A stretch of 64,000 nt of DNA from an uncultured virus (IMG/VR IMGVR_UViG_3300027808_002699) (taxonomy: Duplodnaviria; Heunggongvirae; Uroviricota; Caudoviricetes). The DNA lies in the IMG/VR virus record IMGVR_UViG_3300027808_002699. The stretch is one strand, 5' to 3'. Position 1 is the stretch's first letter. Every line of letters starts with the position of its first letter. Both the position numbers and the translations under genes were made by a program. Positions 28,318 through 38,679 of the stretch are shown here, piece by piece. The notes beneath the pieces are model-generated. The model made no database searches. It had not been told where the DNA came from and saw only the letters and a list, made by a program, of their open reading frames with translations.

Positions 28318-29523
28318 ATAAATGTTAACGACCTTGAAATGCCCAAAATGGCATCGCGTTTTGAGTTGAAAGCAGACGGTATAAAGCGTTCCGACTTTGT
28401 ATCAATGGCTCGTTCAGTTGCTGAAAGTACATGGATAGCAAAAAGTGGGCTTGGGTACAACATCCTTTCTTATAACGATGTACAGGCAGTTTTAAAAGAT
28501 AGTCGCTGGCATGCCGCCATCGGTCTTTTGGCAGATTTAAACCCGTACACAACGCCTGAATTTAAGCAACGCAGAAAAACATCAATGCTCGCTATTGATG
28601 GAGAAGCACACCGTCGTCTTAAAAAACTCGTTAGCCCTTATTTTTCTCCTGCCTTGGCGGAACGAATGCGTCCAGAAATGCGTCAAGTAATGTCTGAACT
28701 TATTGAGCCACTTATTGGCAGCCAGTTCGACATTAGTAAAGAGGTCTTTAGCAAATACCCAACTAAGATTATTTGCCGAATACTTGGGGTCCCAGATACG
28801 GAGTTAGAAAACTTCACCAGATGGTCAGAAGACATCCTAAGCAACTGGGGTAACGACTTTAGTAAATCAACTGAAAGAATTCTTGCATCCCAAGAGGAGA
28901 TGGATGAATATATTGGGTTTATTATTGCGCAACGACGCGCAGTACCTAAAACAGATTTAATCTCGATGCTTGTTCTGGCACGGGATGGCGAAGATTCCCT
29001 TAATGATGAAGAGATAACAACGCTCGTTGAAACGCTAGTCATAGCAGGGATGGACACAATCCATCATCAACTTGGAATTATGTTAGTCACTCTGCTAGAC
29101 AATCCTGATATTTGGAACGACTTTGTATCAAATTCTAATAACAGGAATAAAATCATTGAAGAACTTTTACGCATGGACGGAACTGTCTGCAATACGGGAA
29201 GAATTGCCTCCGAAGACATAACCCACAACGGTATTCTGTTTCCTAAAGGAACGATTGTTTTTATCAACCTAGCCGCAGCAAACATGGACACATCAGTATT
29301 TCCAGAACCTGATGTTTTGAACATTGCACATGACGAACAACATTTTGCGTTTGGAGGGGGTCTACACAAGTGCATTGGTGCCGCTTTGGCCCGTGCTGAA
29401 ATCCAGGTAGCCCTAGATGTTATTGCTGAAAAAATGCCAGCAATTAAGAAAACTGGTGAAGTTCTTTACTCTCCAGAAAATTCTGCTGTTTATGGTCCTG
29501 TGTCGCTAACAGTATCTGCTTAA
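28312..29523 (+). CDS. Cytochrome P450 (bacterial type)
   Basis: DG..H.RL, I-helix AGMDTI, K-helix EELLR, heme motif HFAFGGGLHKCIG..LAR.E. Confidence 0.97.
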   Translation: MFINVNDLEMPKMASRFELKADGIKRSDFVSMARSVAESTWIAKSGLGYNILSYNDVQAVLKDSRWHAAIGLLADLNPYTTPEFKQRRKTSMLAIDGEAHRRLKKLVSPYFSPALAERMRPEMRQVMSELIEPLIGSQFDISKEVFSKYPTKIICRILGVPDTELENFTRWSEDILSNWGNDFSKSTERILASQEEMDEYIGFIIAQRRAVPKTDLISMLVLARDGEDSLNDEEITTLVETLVIAGMDTIHHQLGIMLVTLLDNPDIWNDFVSNSNNRNKIIEELLRMDGTVCNTGRIASEDITHNGILFPKGTIVFINLAAANMDTSVFPEPDVLNIAHDEQHFAFGGGLHKCIGAALARAEIQVALDVIAEKMPAIKKTGEVLYSPENSAVYGPVSLTVSA

Positions 29524-29586
29524 CTTCTTCCTCATTCAGCACTATACCAACCTGCAAGCATGCAGATTTAAGCCTGTCCAATTCGC

Positions 29587-30267
29587 TCACAGGTCATCAA
29601 GCATTTCTTCAAAAGATTTCTTTGCATAATCAACAGACAACTGTAAAACCCACGCTTTAAATTTGTCAGACGCTTCTGGGTATGGGTGAGGAATTACCTT
29701 GTAGTCAGTCTGGCCTTTAAGAAATTTTGCTAGATGCATGTCTGGCATAGCGTCAATCTCGTCAAGAATTTCTTGTGGAGGATTTAATGTATCAAAAACA
29801 AGTTTTGAATAGATAGCCATAGGGTAGTCAGAGTTGAATGGCTCTTCTACAAGAAAAGACCACTCACGCATGTTTTTAAATAGTTGAAACATTGATTTTC
29901 CAACCCACATAGTTGATGGCGTTGGGTCTGACTGAATATCAAACCATTCTCTCATTTCAAGGTATGTAATATAAAAATGCGGCGTAACTGCAATCGGATG
30001 TTCAAACTTGGCAACTTGAGGGGTGGCAAGAATTACATCAGAAACAGAAGTTTTTGCATAAAAAGAATGAGCATGCGAGGCATATGGGGTTCCCTCGGTT
30101 GGAACGACTCCACTAAATGAAATATTATCGCAGCGCTCGGTATCTCCTTCTCCAGTAGTTTCCCCCTCAACCAGGAATATGCATTTCTCAAGCATGAACA
30201 CGCCCTTTAATGAGGGGTCAGAATTGCGAAGCAGTGTTTCTGTATCAAGCACTTTCAAGTTCTCCAA
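29587..30267 (-). CDS. Hypothetical protein, last gene of the halogenase operon
   Basis: 226 aa, coupled to the upstream ORF; start uncertain (TTG 30267 or GTG 30252). Confidence 0.65.
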   Translation of the reverse strand: MENLKVLDTETLLRNSDPSLKGVFMLEKCIFLVEGETTGEGDTERCDNISFSGVVPTEGTPYASHAHSFYAKTSVSDVILATPQVAKFEHPIAVTPHFYITYLEMREWFDIQSDPTPSTMWVGKSMFQLFKNMREWSFLVEEPFNSDYPMAIYSKLVFDTLNPPQEILDEIDAMPDMHLAKFLKGQTDYKVIPHPYPEASDKFKAWVLQLSVDYAKKSFEEMLDDL

Positions 30268-30502
30268 GTTTTACCATCAAAGTGGTCAAATTCTTTGAAT
30301 GTCTTTCTAGTTCAATCAATTTAGGATTTATGATTCCAGTTGTGCTGTTTCCGTTTGGATGCACATATGTTGAGTAGTCGAACGATTCTGTATCTATCCC
30401 CAACTCCACGCACAAAGCGTAGATAGCCATAGATAAAGATTTCTTCATTCTCTGAAGTGATGCAATTTTTTCTTCAGTTGTTAAGAGTTCACTTATCCCC
30501 AT
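30245..30502 (-). CDS. Small helical protein, paralog of 33778..34005
   Basis: L...EK...L..........I..L....GID...FD...Y pattern shared with the 75 aa ORF. Confidence 0.65.
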   Translation of the reverse strand: MGISELLTTEEKIASLQRMKKSLSMAIYALCVELGIDTESFDYSTYVHPNGNSTTGIINPKLIELERHSKNLTTLMVKLGELESA

Positions 30503-30504
30503 AA

Positions 30505-31299
30505 TTATCTCCACCGCTTAATTAGACTGTTGATTAAGCCCTGTTTGGTGTTCTCTAGTTTTTTGTCCACCCGTGTTCGTTCCCGCCTGTATGTGGCTCC
30601 TGTTTCCCTAGGGGAAACAAATCCTGAACCGAATCCAGTACTTGCGTAGTACTTGAAGTCTGATTCGTCATTAAACAAAACTTTTGTAAAGTCAGAGTCT
30701 CTCTTGAACGGAATAAGTTGAGCAATCGGAGTGTTGTATTTAAGTGAAAAGGGTCTATCGCCTATTAGGTTTAAAACAACATTCACGGAGTGATAATAGT
30801 CTGTATGAACAATTGCTGGGACAACGGTATAGTCTTCGCTGGGTTCCCAGTAGCAAGGAACTATTAGTGTTGACCATCCTGGAGCGGTCTCTATTCTCCA
30901 AGGGTTAATTAATTTTGGATACTGCCCTGTTTCTATTTTACGCACACTAGTCATTGGACACTCACCAGTGGATTCATGGTTGAAGCCCGATGCTTGTCCA
31001 ATAGATGTTGGTTGCCCTCCAGTCACTGCTGAAGGATAAAAGTCATCTGCGCCAGTTTCCCATGTACCATTATTGTCTGGACGAAAACGATAGTTTGTCC
31101 ACATTGGAAGAGTTACGCCAGCCGCAAGAAGGTCAATAGTGCCAACACATTTCCGCAATCCTGCGCCTTCTTTGCTGATACGCCTAAACCAGTCTGGCAA
31201 ATTTGTTAAATTGTTTGCAAATGGGGCGGACTCCATGAGTCTGTTGTCTGTCGGAGTAAAGCGTATTTCTCCTGGTTTAACTTTGGGTTTTTTTTTCAT
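30505..31299 (-). CDS. Conserved phage protein of a family often found near 2OG oxygenases (DUF6065-like, possibly dUTPase-like fold)
   Basis: KC.G..D....G..LP.W, K..NPW.I.T.PGWS.L, P..V.TD.Y, TPIAQLIPFKR. Confidence 0.55.
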   Translation of the reverse strand: MKKKPKVKPGEIRFTPTDNRLMESAPFANNLTNLPDWFRRISKEGAGLRKCVGTIDLLAAGVTLPMWTNYRFRPDNNGTWETGADDFYPSAVTGGQPTSIGQASGFNHESTGECPMTSVRKIETGQYPKLINPWRIETAPGWSTLIVPCYWEPSEDYTVVPAIVHTDYYHSVNVVLNLIGDRPFSLKYNTPIAQLIPFKRDSDFTKVLFNDESDFKYYASTGFGSGFVSPRETGATYRRERTRVDKKLENTKQGLINSLIKRWR

Positions 31300-31300
31300 T

Positions 31301-32794
31301 TTAACTCCACTCTTCATCAACTAATTTTATTTCTCTCAAGGATTGAGCATGGTCAACCAAAACATGGTCATGTCTATAGTGTTTATAGTCGTTCAATTGT
31401 CTCTCTACTGCCTCGCGTAAATGAAGAGATTCAATCACTCTCGTACATGCATCCATATTGATAATTCCCTGCCCTTGCCCAACATGTGTTAGGTGTGGCG
31501 CAGCAAACATTTCCCCATGATTATTGGAAAAGTCGTATCGTGTTGGCGGACGCTCAGACCACAAGTCAATAATTTCTTGTAATTCTGAGTTTACTGGCAT
31601 GTGTGACATTTCTTGCCAAAACTTTGAATCTTGTCTGTCGCCATAATAATGCAGTCGTATCATTGTCAAGATATTGCGCATCATCTCGTTTGAACTCTTA
31701 TTGTAATGTTTTTGAGAAGCCGTATGGGATGGAAGATATGAAGCAAGATACGGGATAGCCGCTCTTACTTGCTGAATTGTAGAACCAATACTGGTTGCCT
31801 CTAATGGTTCAACAAAAGAAGAAGCCAAACCAACAGCGATACAGTTTTTTTGCCAAGGCTCTTTCAAGTGCCCAGCATCAAATTTAATTATTTTTGGGTC
31901 TTCAGGAAGTTTATATCCAGACATTTGTTCTGCTTCCCGAATGGCCTCTTCTACAGAAATGAACTCATCGGAAAATACATAACCGTTACCTCTGCGTTCT
32001 TGCGTCGGAATTTCCCACATCCAACCAGAACTTGCTGCCCGCGCCCTCGTGTATGGGCGTATTTGTCCATTCGGGTCGCTTTCTGTCGGGAAAGCAATTG
32101 CTGTATTGCAAAGCAAAAATTCACTAAAGGAACTCCACTCTGCATTGCCAACTTCTTTCATCAACACTTTGCTGAACCCAGATGCATCAAACCAAAAATC
32201 AGCCTCTACTGCATCGCCTTGTTCTGTGAGAACAGACTTGATAAGACCGTCTTCGTCTTTTGTAACAGACCCAACTTCTCCATCAATAAATTTAACATTC
32301 CTTCTAAAAGCAAGTTTTGTAAAATACTCGTTTAGTTTTACTGTGTCAAAATGGAACTGATTGGTGTTCTTGTGCAAGCCTTCTCTATTGATTTTGTTGC
32401 GTACCATGCCAACGCTTGATGTTTGGCTTGTAAGTGTTTTACCAGATTCAATAATTCCCATATAGGCCGCAAAAAAGCCGTAACAAAAAATATCGTCAAC
32501 ATGGCCAACGCTGTGAAAGTAATCTTTTGTATGCGTGGTCCAATTTTCGTAGCGTATTCCATACTTGTGGGTAGCCAGCGTCTCTATCAACATCTCCTCA
32601 AGAGGGATATCTACTAGTTCCATAAACTGTTTCCAGTGTTCCGTGGAACCCTCTCCCACTCCAATAATACCAATCTTGGAAGATGACAGTACTGTTATCC
32701 CACAAGTTGGGAAAGCCCTACGCAAAATAAGTGCAGTTATTAGGCCTGCAGTTCCTGAACCCACTATGCCAAAGTTTTGTAAACGGTCTTTCAT
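31301..32794 (-). CDS. Flavin-dependent halogenase, tryptophan halogenase family
   Basis: GSGTAG FAD motif, IGVGEGS, AT.KYGI (catalytic Lys position), DASGF, GWMWEIP (WxWxIP), GNGYVFS, FVEPLEATS. Confidence 0.93.
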   Translation of the reverse strand: MKDRLQNFGIVGSGTAGLITALILRRAFPTCGITVLSSSKIGIIGVGEGSTEHWKQFMELVDIPLEEMLIETLATHKYGIRYENWTTHTKDYFHSVGHVDDIFCYGFFAAYMGIIESGKTLTSQTSSVGMVRNKINREGLHKNTNQFHFDTVKLNEYFTKLAFRRNVKFIDGEVGSVTKDEDGLIKSVLTEQGDAVEADFWFDASGFSKVLMKEVGNAEWSSFSEFLLCNTAIAFPTESDPNGQIRPYTRARAASSGWMWEIPTQERRGNGYVFSDEFISVEEAIREAEQMSGYKLPEDPKIIKFDAGHLKEPWQKNCIAVGLASSFVEPLEATSIGSTIQQVRAAIPYLASYLPSHTASQKHYNKSSNEMMRNILTMIRLHYYGDRQDSKFWQEMSHMPVNSELQEIIDLWSERPPTRYDFSNNHGEMFAAPHLTHVGQGQGIINMDACTRVIESLHLREAVERQLNDYKHYRHDHVLVDHAQSLREIKLVDEEWS

Positions 32795-32801
32795 GATTTT
32801 C

Positions 32802-33386
32802 CTATCCTTGATACCAAGTAACAAGCGAATATTTCACACCTGCTGTTACAGGGTGTGCAATGTGTAGATACGGAAAGTTCGATGGAAACAAAATAACTCT
32901 TCCGCATATTGCTTCAACACTAACATCAAAATGGGGGAACTCTAAATGTCCCCCTTCTTCTGGGGTGGACAGAAATGACACCATGCTGTACACCCTGCGA
33001 TTATCTGGAGCATGGTCATGATGTGGTTTGTATTCAGATTGTTCTAAATACTTCAAAAGAGAATATCCCTCATGCATCGCAGTTGGAATTAAAAATTCAT
33101 GTCTGTAATCTTCCGACGCTTCTTCAATCGGATTTCTAATTTCTTTTGTAAAAAACCGCGATAATTCAGTTTCGGGGTACGGTTTCATTAGTGGGATTAG
33201 AGAACACGACAGGGAAGTTCTATAAGAAGTCGCCTGCCCTGACCCTACAGAAGAACCATCCCATGACAATTCGGACCATTCTGAGCCTGTTTCTTTTTCC
33301 AGACTATTTAAAAACTTGTTTGCTTTGTCCGCAGTGAATACATCCTCATAAAGAGATATGCATGTTCCTAGTTTTGTATGTTTCAT
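32802..33386 (-). CDS. 2OG-Fe(II) oxygenase, prolyl-4-hydroxylase-like
   Basis: LLKY....Y.PHHD (HxD), GG.L.F, FPSNFPY.H.A.PV..G.KYS.VTW. Confidence 0.92.
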   Translation of the reverse strand: MKHTKLGTCISLYEDVFTADKANKFLNSLEKETGSEWSELSWDGSSVGSGQATSYRTSLSCSLIPLMKPYPETELSRFFTKEIRNPIEEASEDYRHEFLIPTAMHEGYSLLKYLEQSEYKPHHDHAPDNRRVYSMVSFLSTPEEGGHLEFPHFDVSVEAICGRVILFPSNFPYLHIAHPVTAGVKYSLVTWYQG

Positions 33387-33781
33387 ATTACGATGAAATC
33401 TCCTTTATAATATGTCTCACCGTTATTATCAACAATATCGAACTGATGTAAACCTAGCGTATAGAAGCGTGAACGGAATCTAAGAGAATGTTTTGTAATA
33501 ACCATCGGCTTTATTGTTTGAGCAATAGAACTCGAGTCCATCACCACCATGTGTGTATTCCTCGGAAAATCAATAAATTCATTTGTAATGTCTAGCATGT
33601 GTATAAAGCCCACTTTTACTTCGTCCATACAGTCGGTAAAATCGTCTTCTGGAAAAGACTTAATACAAATTCTGTCAATATCTTCTTCTATACGAATCGA
33701 TAATTGAGACTCTCTTGACAGTTTTATTGCTTCATCTGGCACGCCACCCATACTGGCTGGCACGCAAACAAATCGCTTCAT
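33383..33781 (-). CDS. Hypothetical protein
   Basis: 132 aa; 4-nt overlaps with both neighbours. Confidence 0.65.
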   Translation of the reverse strand: MKRFVCVPASMGGVPDEAIKLSRESQLSIRIEEDIDRICIKSFPEDDFTDCMDEVKVGFIHMLDITNEFIDFPRNTHMVVMDSSSIAQTIKPMVITKHSLRFRSRFYTLGLHQFDIVDNNGETYYKGDFIVI

Positions 33782-34005
33782 TCAATCTCGGTTAATTTTC
33801 TCTCAATTAGTTCTACGCTATTAAGAAGAGTTTCTAGTCTCTGCTGCTCGCCTATTAAAACTTCCGAGATGGTGTAGTTTGCTGGGTCAAAAACATCGGG
33901 GTCAATGTTTGAACGGAGAAGCAAGTGAAAAATTTCCGACTTAACATTTCCTAAACTGCTTTCCAGTACGGCTTTTTTTTGTTGTGTATTTAGACCGTAG
34001 TCCAT
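33778..34005 (-). CDS. Small helical protein directly after the His-rich fibre gene (possible chaperone)
   Basis: 75 aa; GAGGAG SD; paralog of 30245..30502. Confidence 0.65.
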   Translation of the reverse strand: MDYGLNTQQKKAVLESSLGNVKSEIFHLLLRSNIDPDVFDPANYTISEVLIGEQQRLETLLNSVELIERKLTEIE

Positions 34006-34015
34006 GTTGTCTCCT

Positions 34016-35734
34016 CTATGAGTTTATGAGTAGGTATGCAGAGCCTGAGGTTGCACTTACGCTACCATACGACCCTGCTGCTGTGTCGTATGAGATTGTC
34101 CCAGCGACTGCATCCGATACGACCAATATGGCTCCACCGCCACCTCCGCCGCCAGCATCTCCCGTTGCTCCTGTTGCACCAGGTGTTCCAGAAGTTCCAG
34201 GCGAGCCTGAAGGACCAGTCCTTGCTGGCGCACCAGCACCAGTGCTTGTACCGTCATTTACCCCACCAGCGCCACCCGCATAGTGTGCAGAAGCGTCTGC
34301 GTTGGGGTGCGAAGCCGAGTGTTGAGTGTGGGTGTAGTCGGCACTCGAATGAGGATGGTGTGCGTGCGTATGGCTATGGTGTGGAAGACCAAAATGCGCA
34401 TGCGTATGGCCGTCATGCCCACCGAATGAGCCATGATAGACCTTGGTGTGGTGATGGCCGTTGCCGTCTGGTTGGTAATGTGAATGGTGTCCATTCGGTT
34501 TTTGATGGCTATGTGGCGGAAGGTGCACCCAGTGACCTATGCCGTTGTAATGAGGAACCCATGCATGCCAATAATGACCATCCCAGTGCGTAACACCGCC
34601 ATGCGGACCATCATTGTGGGGGTGATGGTAGTGGCCGCCATGATGCCAGTGACTACCCTCGTAATGACCCAATTTACCGCCGTCAGCATGGGGCTTGACT
34701 ATGTGTCCATGACGGTCGGAATGTATTGTTGTGTGGTTGTGATGATTGTGCGTTCTTGAGTGTGGGGCATGAGTGTGGCCTGGAGCCACATGGTGATGGT
34801 CTGTACGGTTTGGAGCAGCCGTTCCATTTGCTCCATTCGCCCCCTTGGCCTGGTGTTGCCCTGTGCCGCCAGCGCCGCCAGCAGTTCCAGCAGTTCCAGC
34901 GGTTCCAGCAGTACCAGCAGAACCATGACTGCCTACAGACATGATTTTTCCTGCTCCTATAATTGTTTTAGCAACAATAAGTACAACTCCTGCACCGTAG
35001 CCACCTGAGCCTCCTGCGCCTCCTGCGCCTCCTGTGCCGCCAGCGCCCGCAATACCACCAGTTCCGCCCGTAGCGGTAGGGTTTTCTGAGCCATCTGCGC
35101 CAGGGTTTCCTTTTCCGCCTGGAGCATTTACTGTACTCGCGCTAGGTGCGTAGGCACCGTTAGCACCAGTCGCTCCTGCTTTGCCAGTCCATGTAGCGGG
35201 AGTTGTACTTGGTGTTCCTGATGCCCCAGCCGACCCTGGTGTTCCAGCAGGACCTGTTGAACCAGTCGCTCCAGAGTTTCCTTTTGACCCACCACCGACA
35301 GGGACGATTGAACCAGAGGTGTCCACCATGATTCCCGAAAGCATCATATTGATACTCTTGTATAGGTACGAAGGTAGTTGCGGGATGGTAGGTGCCGTTG
35401 CCCCTCCACCCTGACCGCCTGCTCTGTAGGTTATTGCAGCCTGCGAATGACCTTTGATTGTTCCATCCGAAACAACGGAAGATGCAGGACTAACGACCCC
35501 ACCAGAAACAGAACCTATGCCTATGTGTCCATCCAAAGTCAATGTATTTCTTACAAAAACTCTGTATCCGTTAGTAAGCAAAACACCAGATGCAGTTACT
35601 GTCAGGGAGTCATAAAACATGTCTGAAGTTAAAGTGACAACTGAAGAAACAGTGACATTGCCGTCTATTCCTGTTCCGTATACAGAGTCGTTTGCCGCCC
35701 TTGCAACACTTGTTTCTATTCTTGAAATGGGCAT
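34016..35734 (-). CDS. Gly-rich putative virion fibre protein with a large His-rich insert
   Basis: N-terminal YGTG.DG module; polyglycine and G-X-Y tracts; about 175 aa segment with roughly 50 His. Confidence 0.8.
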   Translation of the reverse strand: MPISRIETSVARAANDSVYGTGIDGNVTVSSVVTLTSDMFYDSLTVTASGVLLTNGYRVFVRNTLTLDGHIGIGSVSGGVVSPASSVVSDGTIKGHSQAAITYRAGGQGGGATAPTIPQLPSYLYKSINMMLSGIMVDTSGSIVPVGGGSKGNSGATGSTGPAGTPGSAGASGTPSTTPATWTGKAGATGANGAYAPSASTVNAPGGKGNPGADGSENPTATGGTGGIAGAGGTGGAGGAGGSGGYGAGVVLIVAKTIIGAGKIMSVGSHGSAGTAGTAGTAGTAGGAGGTGQHQAKGANGANGTAAPNRTDHHHVAPGHTHAPHSRTHNHHNHTTIHSDRHGHIVKPHADGGKLGHYEGSHWHHGGHYHHPHNDGPHGGVTHWDGHYWHAWVPHYNGIGHWVHLPPHSHQKPNGHHSHYQPDGNGHHHTKVYHGSFGGHDGHTHAHFGLPHHSHTHAHHPHSSADYTHTQHSASHPNADASAHYAGGAGGVNDGTSTGAGAPARTGPSGSPGTSGTPGATGATGDAGGGGGGGAILVVSDAVAGTISYDTAAGSYGSVSATSGSAYLLINS

Positions 35735-35735
35735 A

Positions 35736-36499
35736 TCAGACCTGTGACATATAGTAGTAGGTTCCTGCGTTTTGTCCAGTTACATCCGTAGAAATGCTAG
35801 AAGGCAATGCTTGTGCAGAAGACACAACAAGAATAACCCCACCACCAGCAGGCGCAGTCGCAGGAGCCTTAATATAGGCAGTTCCAGATGCAGGCCCAGA
35901 AATGTATCTAGCAGCAAGAATGACGATTCCTCCGCCAAGTTGACCTATGCCGCCTGCTCCTCCACGAAGGAATACAGGGCCTCCCGAAGCAGTAATTGAA
36001 TACCCAGTGATTGCCTGACTTGGAACTTTGAAGTAGTTAGCACCACCTAACGCTGCTGTTGGCAATGTCGCTAGGTACCCAGTTGCTGCGCCACCAAGAG
36101 AGTGGGTAACTGCTTCAAGCAGTCCGCCACCTTGTTTGATTGAACCAGCAGTTGCGTATCCAGTTGTGTAGCCAACGGTCGCATTGGTTCCCATGAATTT
36201 AAGTGTCCCCTTGACAAAAATACGCCAGCCGTTTGGTTGAAGGCGGCAACTTGTATTAATAGTTAAATCATTAAAATACATGTCGCGTGTCATTGAATAG
36301 ACGCTTGCAGAAGGAGTCATGCCGAGAATAACTGTAGTTCCATCAAGAACAGCATCGCCATCTGCGCCAGTTCCGTAAACAAAGTCAACGCCTTCGTTGT
36401 AGTACGCAAGCCACGCCGTTCCGTCCCATTGCCAACTCTTAGAGCCGACTGTATAAATCTGGTTTACATATGGAGAAGCAGGAAAAGTAATCGCTGGCA

Positions 36500-36500
<1 letters not shown>
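35736..36500 (-). CDS. Gly-rich putative virion protein, paralog of the 34016..35734 scaffold without the His insert
   Basis: AITFP N-terminal module, then YGTGADG...M.RDMYF..LTI....L..NG.RIFV..TL, and a GGG.ILVVS C-terminal motif. Confidence 0.7.
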
Positions 36501-37468
<968 letters not shown>

Positions 37469-37470
37469 GA

Positions 37471-38325
37471 TTAGTACTTAATGATGTAGTTGAGGACTAG
37501 GAAGGGGTTCATTAAAGGAAGAGCAGTGTTGGCAAAACCACCATTGCCAGTTATGTCGCTACTGGGTCCGTCCGAACCCGCCGAAGGACCACCTGAGCCT
37601 GCAGAAGGACCGCCTGTTGCATCAGACGACGGTGCACCAGAATCCGCTGAAGGACCGCCTGTGCTGAAGTTGTTGACATCAACCGTTACTCCATGAGAAT
37701 GGTTTGCATCCCTAGCAAGAGTAGTTAGGCCAGTGTTGGCAGGGTTGGTAGAAAGAACAAGTCTGTTTGTTCCAGCAGTTGCAATCGTGTCGCGAGGTAA
37801 CTGATGGTCGTGATTAATGCCAGCACCAGCACTTGAACCAGTATGTCCGTGATTAGCGGTATGAGTATGGCTACCAAGAGCATGTGTATGTCCACCAAGC
37901 GTGTGTGTGTGACTACCAAGCGTGTGAGTATGTGAGCCAAGGGTATGCGTATGTGCGCTAAGTGTATGTTGGTGTGTTGGCAGGTTTCCTGAAGCAATAA
38001 TCACGCTTTCAGCACCGCTTTTAGCAGCGAGTGTACGCGCAGTTAATCCAGAACCAGTACCAACACCAATAATTGCTCTTCCCATTGGGTCAGGAAGGCC
38101 AAATGTAGAACCATCTCCAGCGCCGTATGTGGTCCCTAATACAGCAAACAAGTTTGCATATGTTGTTCTACTTGGTGTTTGACCATTGCATAATAGCCAT
38201 CCTTCTGGGGCTGTGGCACCAGCATATGCAATGAGGCTTCCAACTGGAACCAATGGGTAACCACCAGGGCTGTTGTCGTCGGCAATAGAAATTCCTTCTT
38301 TAACCGTGAATTTTGTTCTTGCCAT
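37471..38325 (-). CDS. Tail-collar domain fibre protein with HxH needle repeats
   Basis: PVG....YAG..AP.GWLLCNG...[26 protein letters not shown] (tail collar); nine HxH motifs; ends P..VLNYIIK. Confidence 0.9.
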   Translation of the reverse strand: MARTKFTVKEGISIADDNSPGGYPLVPVGSLIAYAGATAPEGWLLCNGQTPSRTTYANLFAVLGTTYGAGDGSTFGLPDPMGRAIIGVGTGSGLTARTLAAKSGAESVIIASGNLPTHQHTLSAHTHTLGSHTHTLGSHTHTLGGHTHALGSHTHTANHGHTGSSAGAGINHDHQLPRDTIATAGTNRLVLSTNPANTGLTTLARDANHSHGVTVDVNNFSTGGPSADSGAPSSDATGGPSAGSGGPSAGSDGPSSDITGNGGFANTALPLMNPFLVLNYIIKY

Positions 38326-38327
38326 TT

Positions 38328-38678
38328 TTACAGTCCAGCCGTTTCTTCATGCTCGTGAGATGCTACCCAAGGGGTCGCGCCTGCTGTCAAGTCCCAGTTG
38401 TCCCAAGATGTAGGTCGGCCTGCAATTGGAGGAATAGGAAGTTCAATAGTATTTTCAAGAGGCAAAGAGACCATCGAGGTGATGTCTCTCATTTCTTGTC
38501 TCCAGATACGCCAATCATTTTTAATCTCTTCAGAAAGAGGGCAGTCTGGCATTTGTGTCCAATCCGACTCGCCAAGCAGGACTTGGCGCATTTGGCGCAA
38601 AGCCATTACCAGTTCTTCTTGAGTTGTTGCTGGTTCTCCAGTTGTATCAAGAGGATATCCATAAATTTGAATCAACAT
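38328..38678 (-). CDS. Fibre/tail assembly chaperone
   Basis: LR..R..LL..SDWTQ.PD.PL......W..WRQ..RDIT. Confidence 0.85.
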   Translation of the reverse strand: MLIQIYGYPLDTTGEPATTQEELVMALRQMRQVLLGESDWTQMPDCPLSEEIKNDWRIWRQEMRDITSMVSLPLENTIELPIPPIAGRPTSWDNWDLTAGATPWVASHEHEETAGL

Positions 38679-38679
38679 A

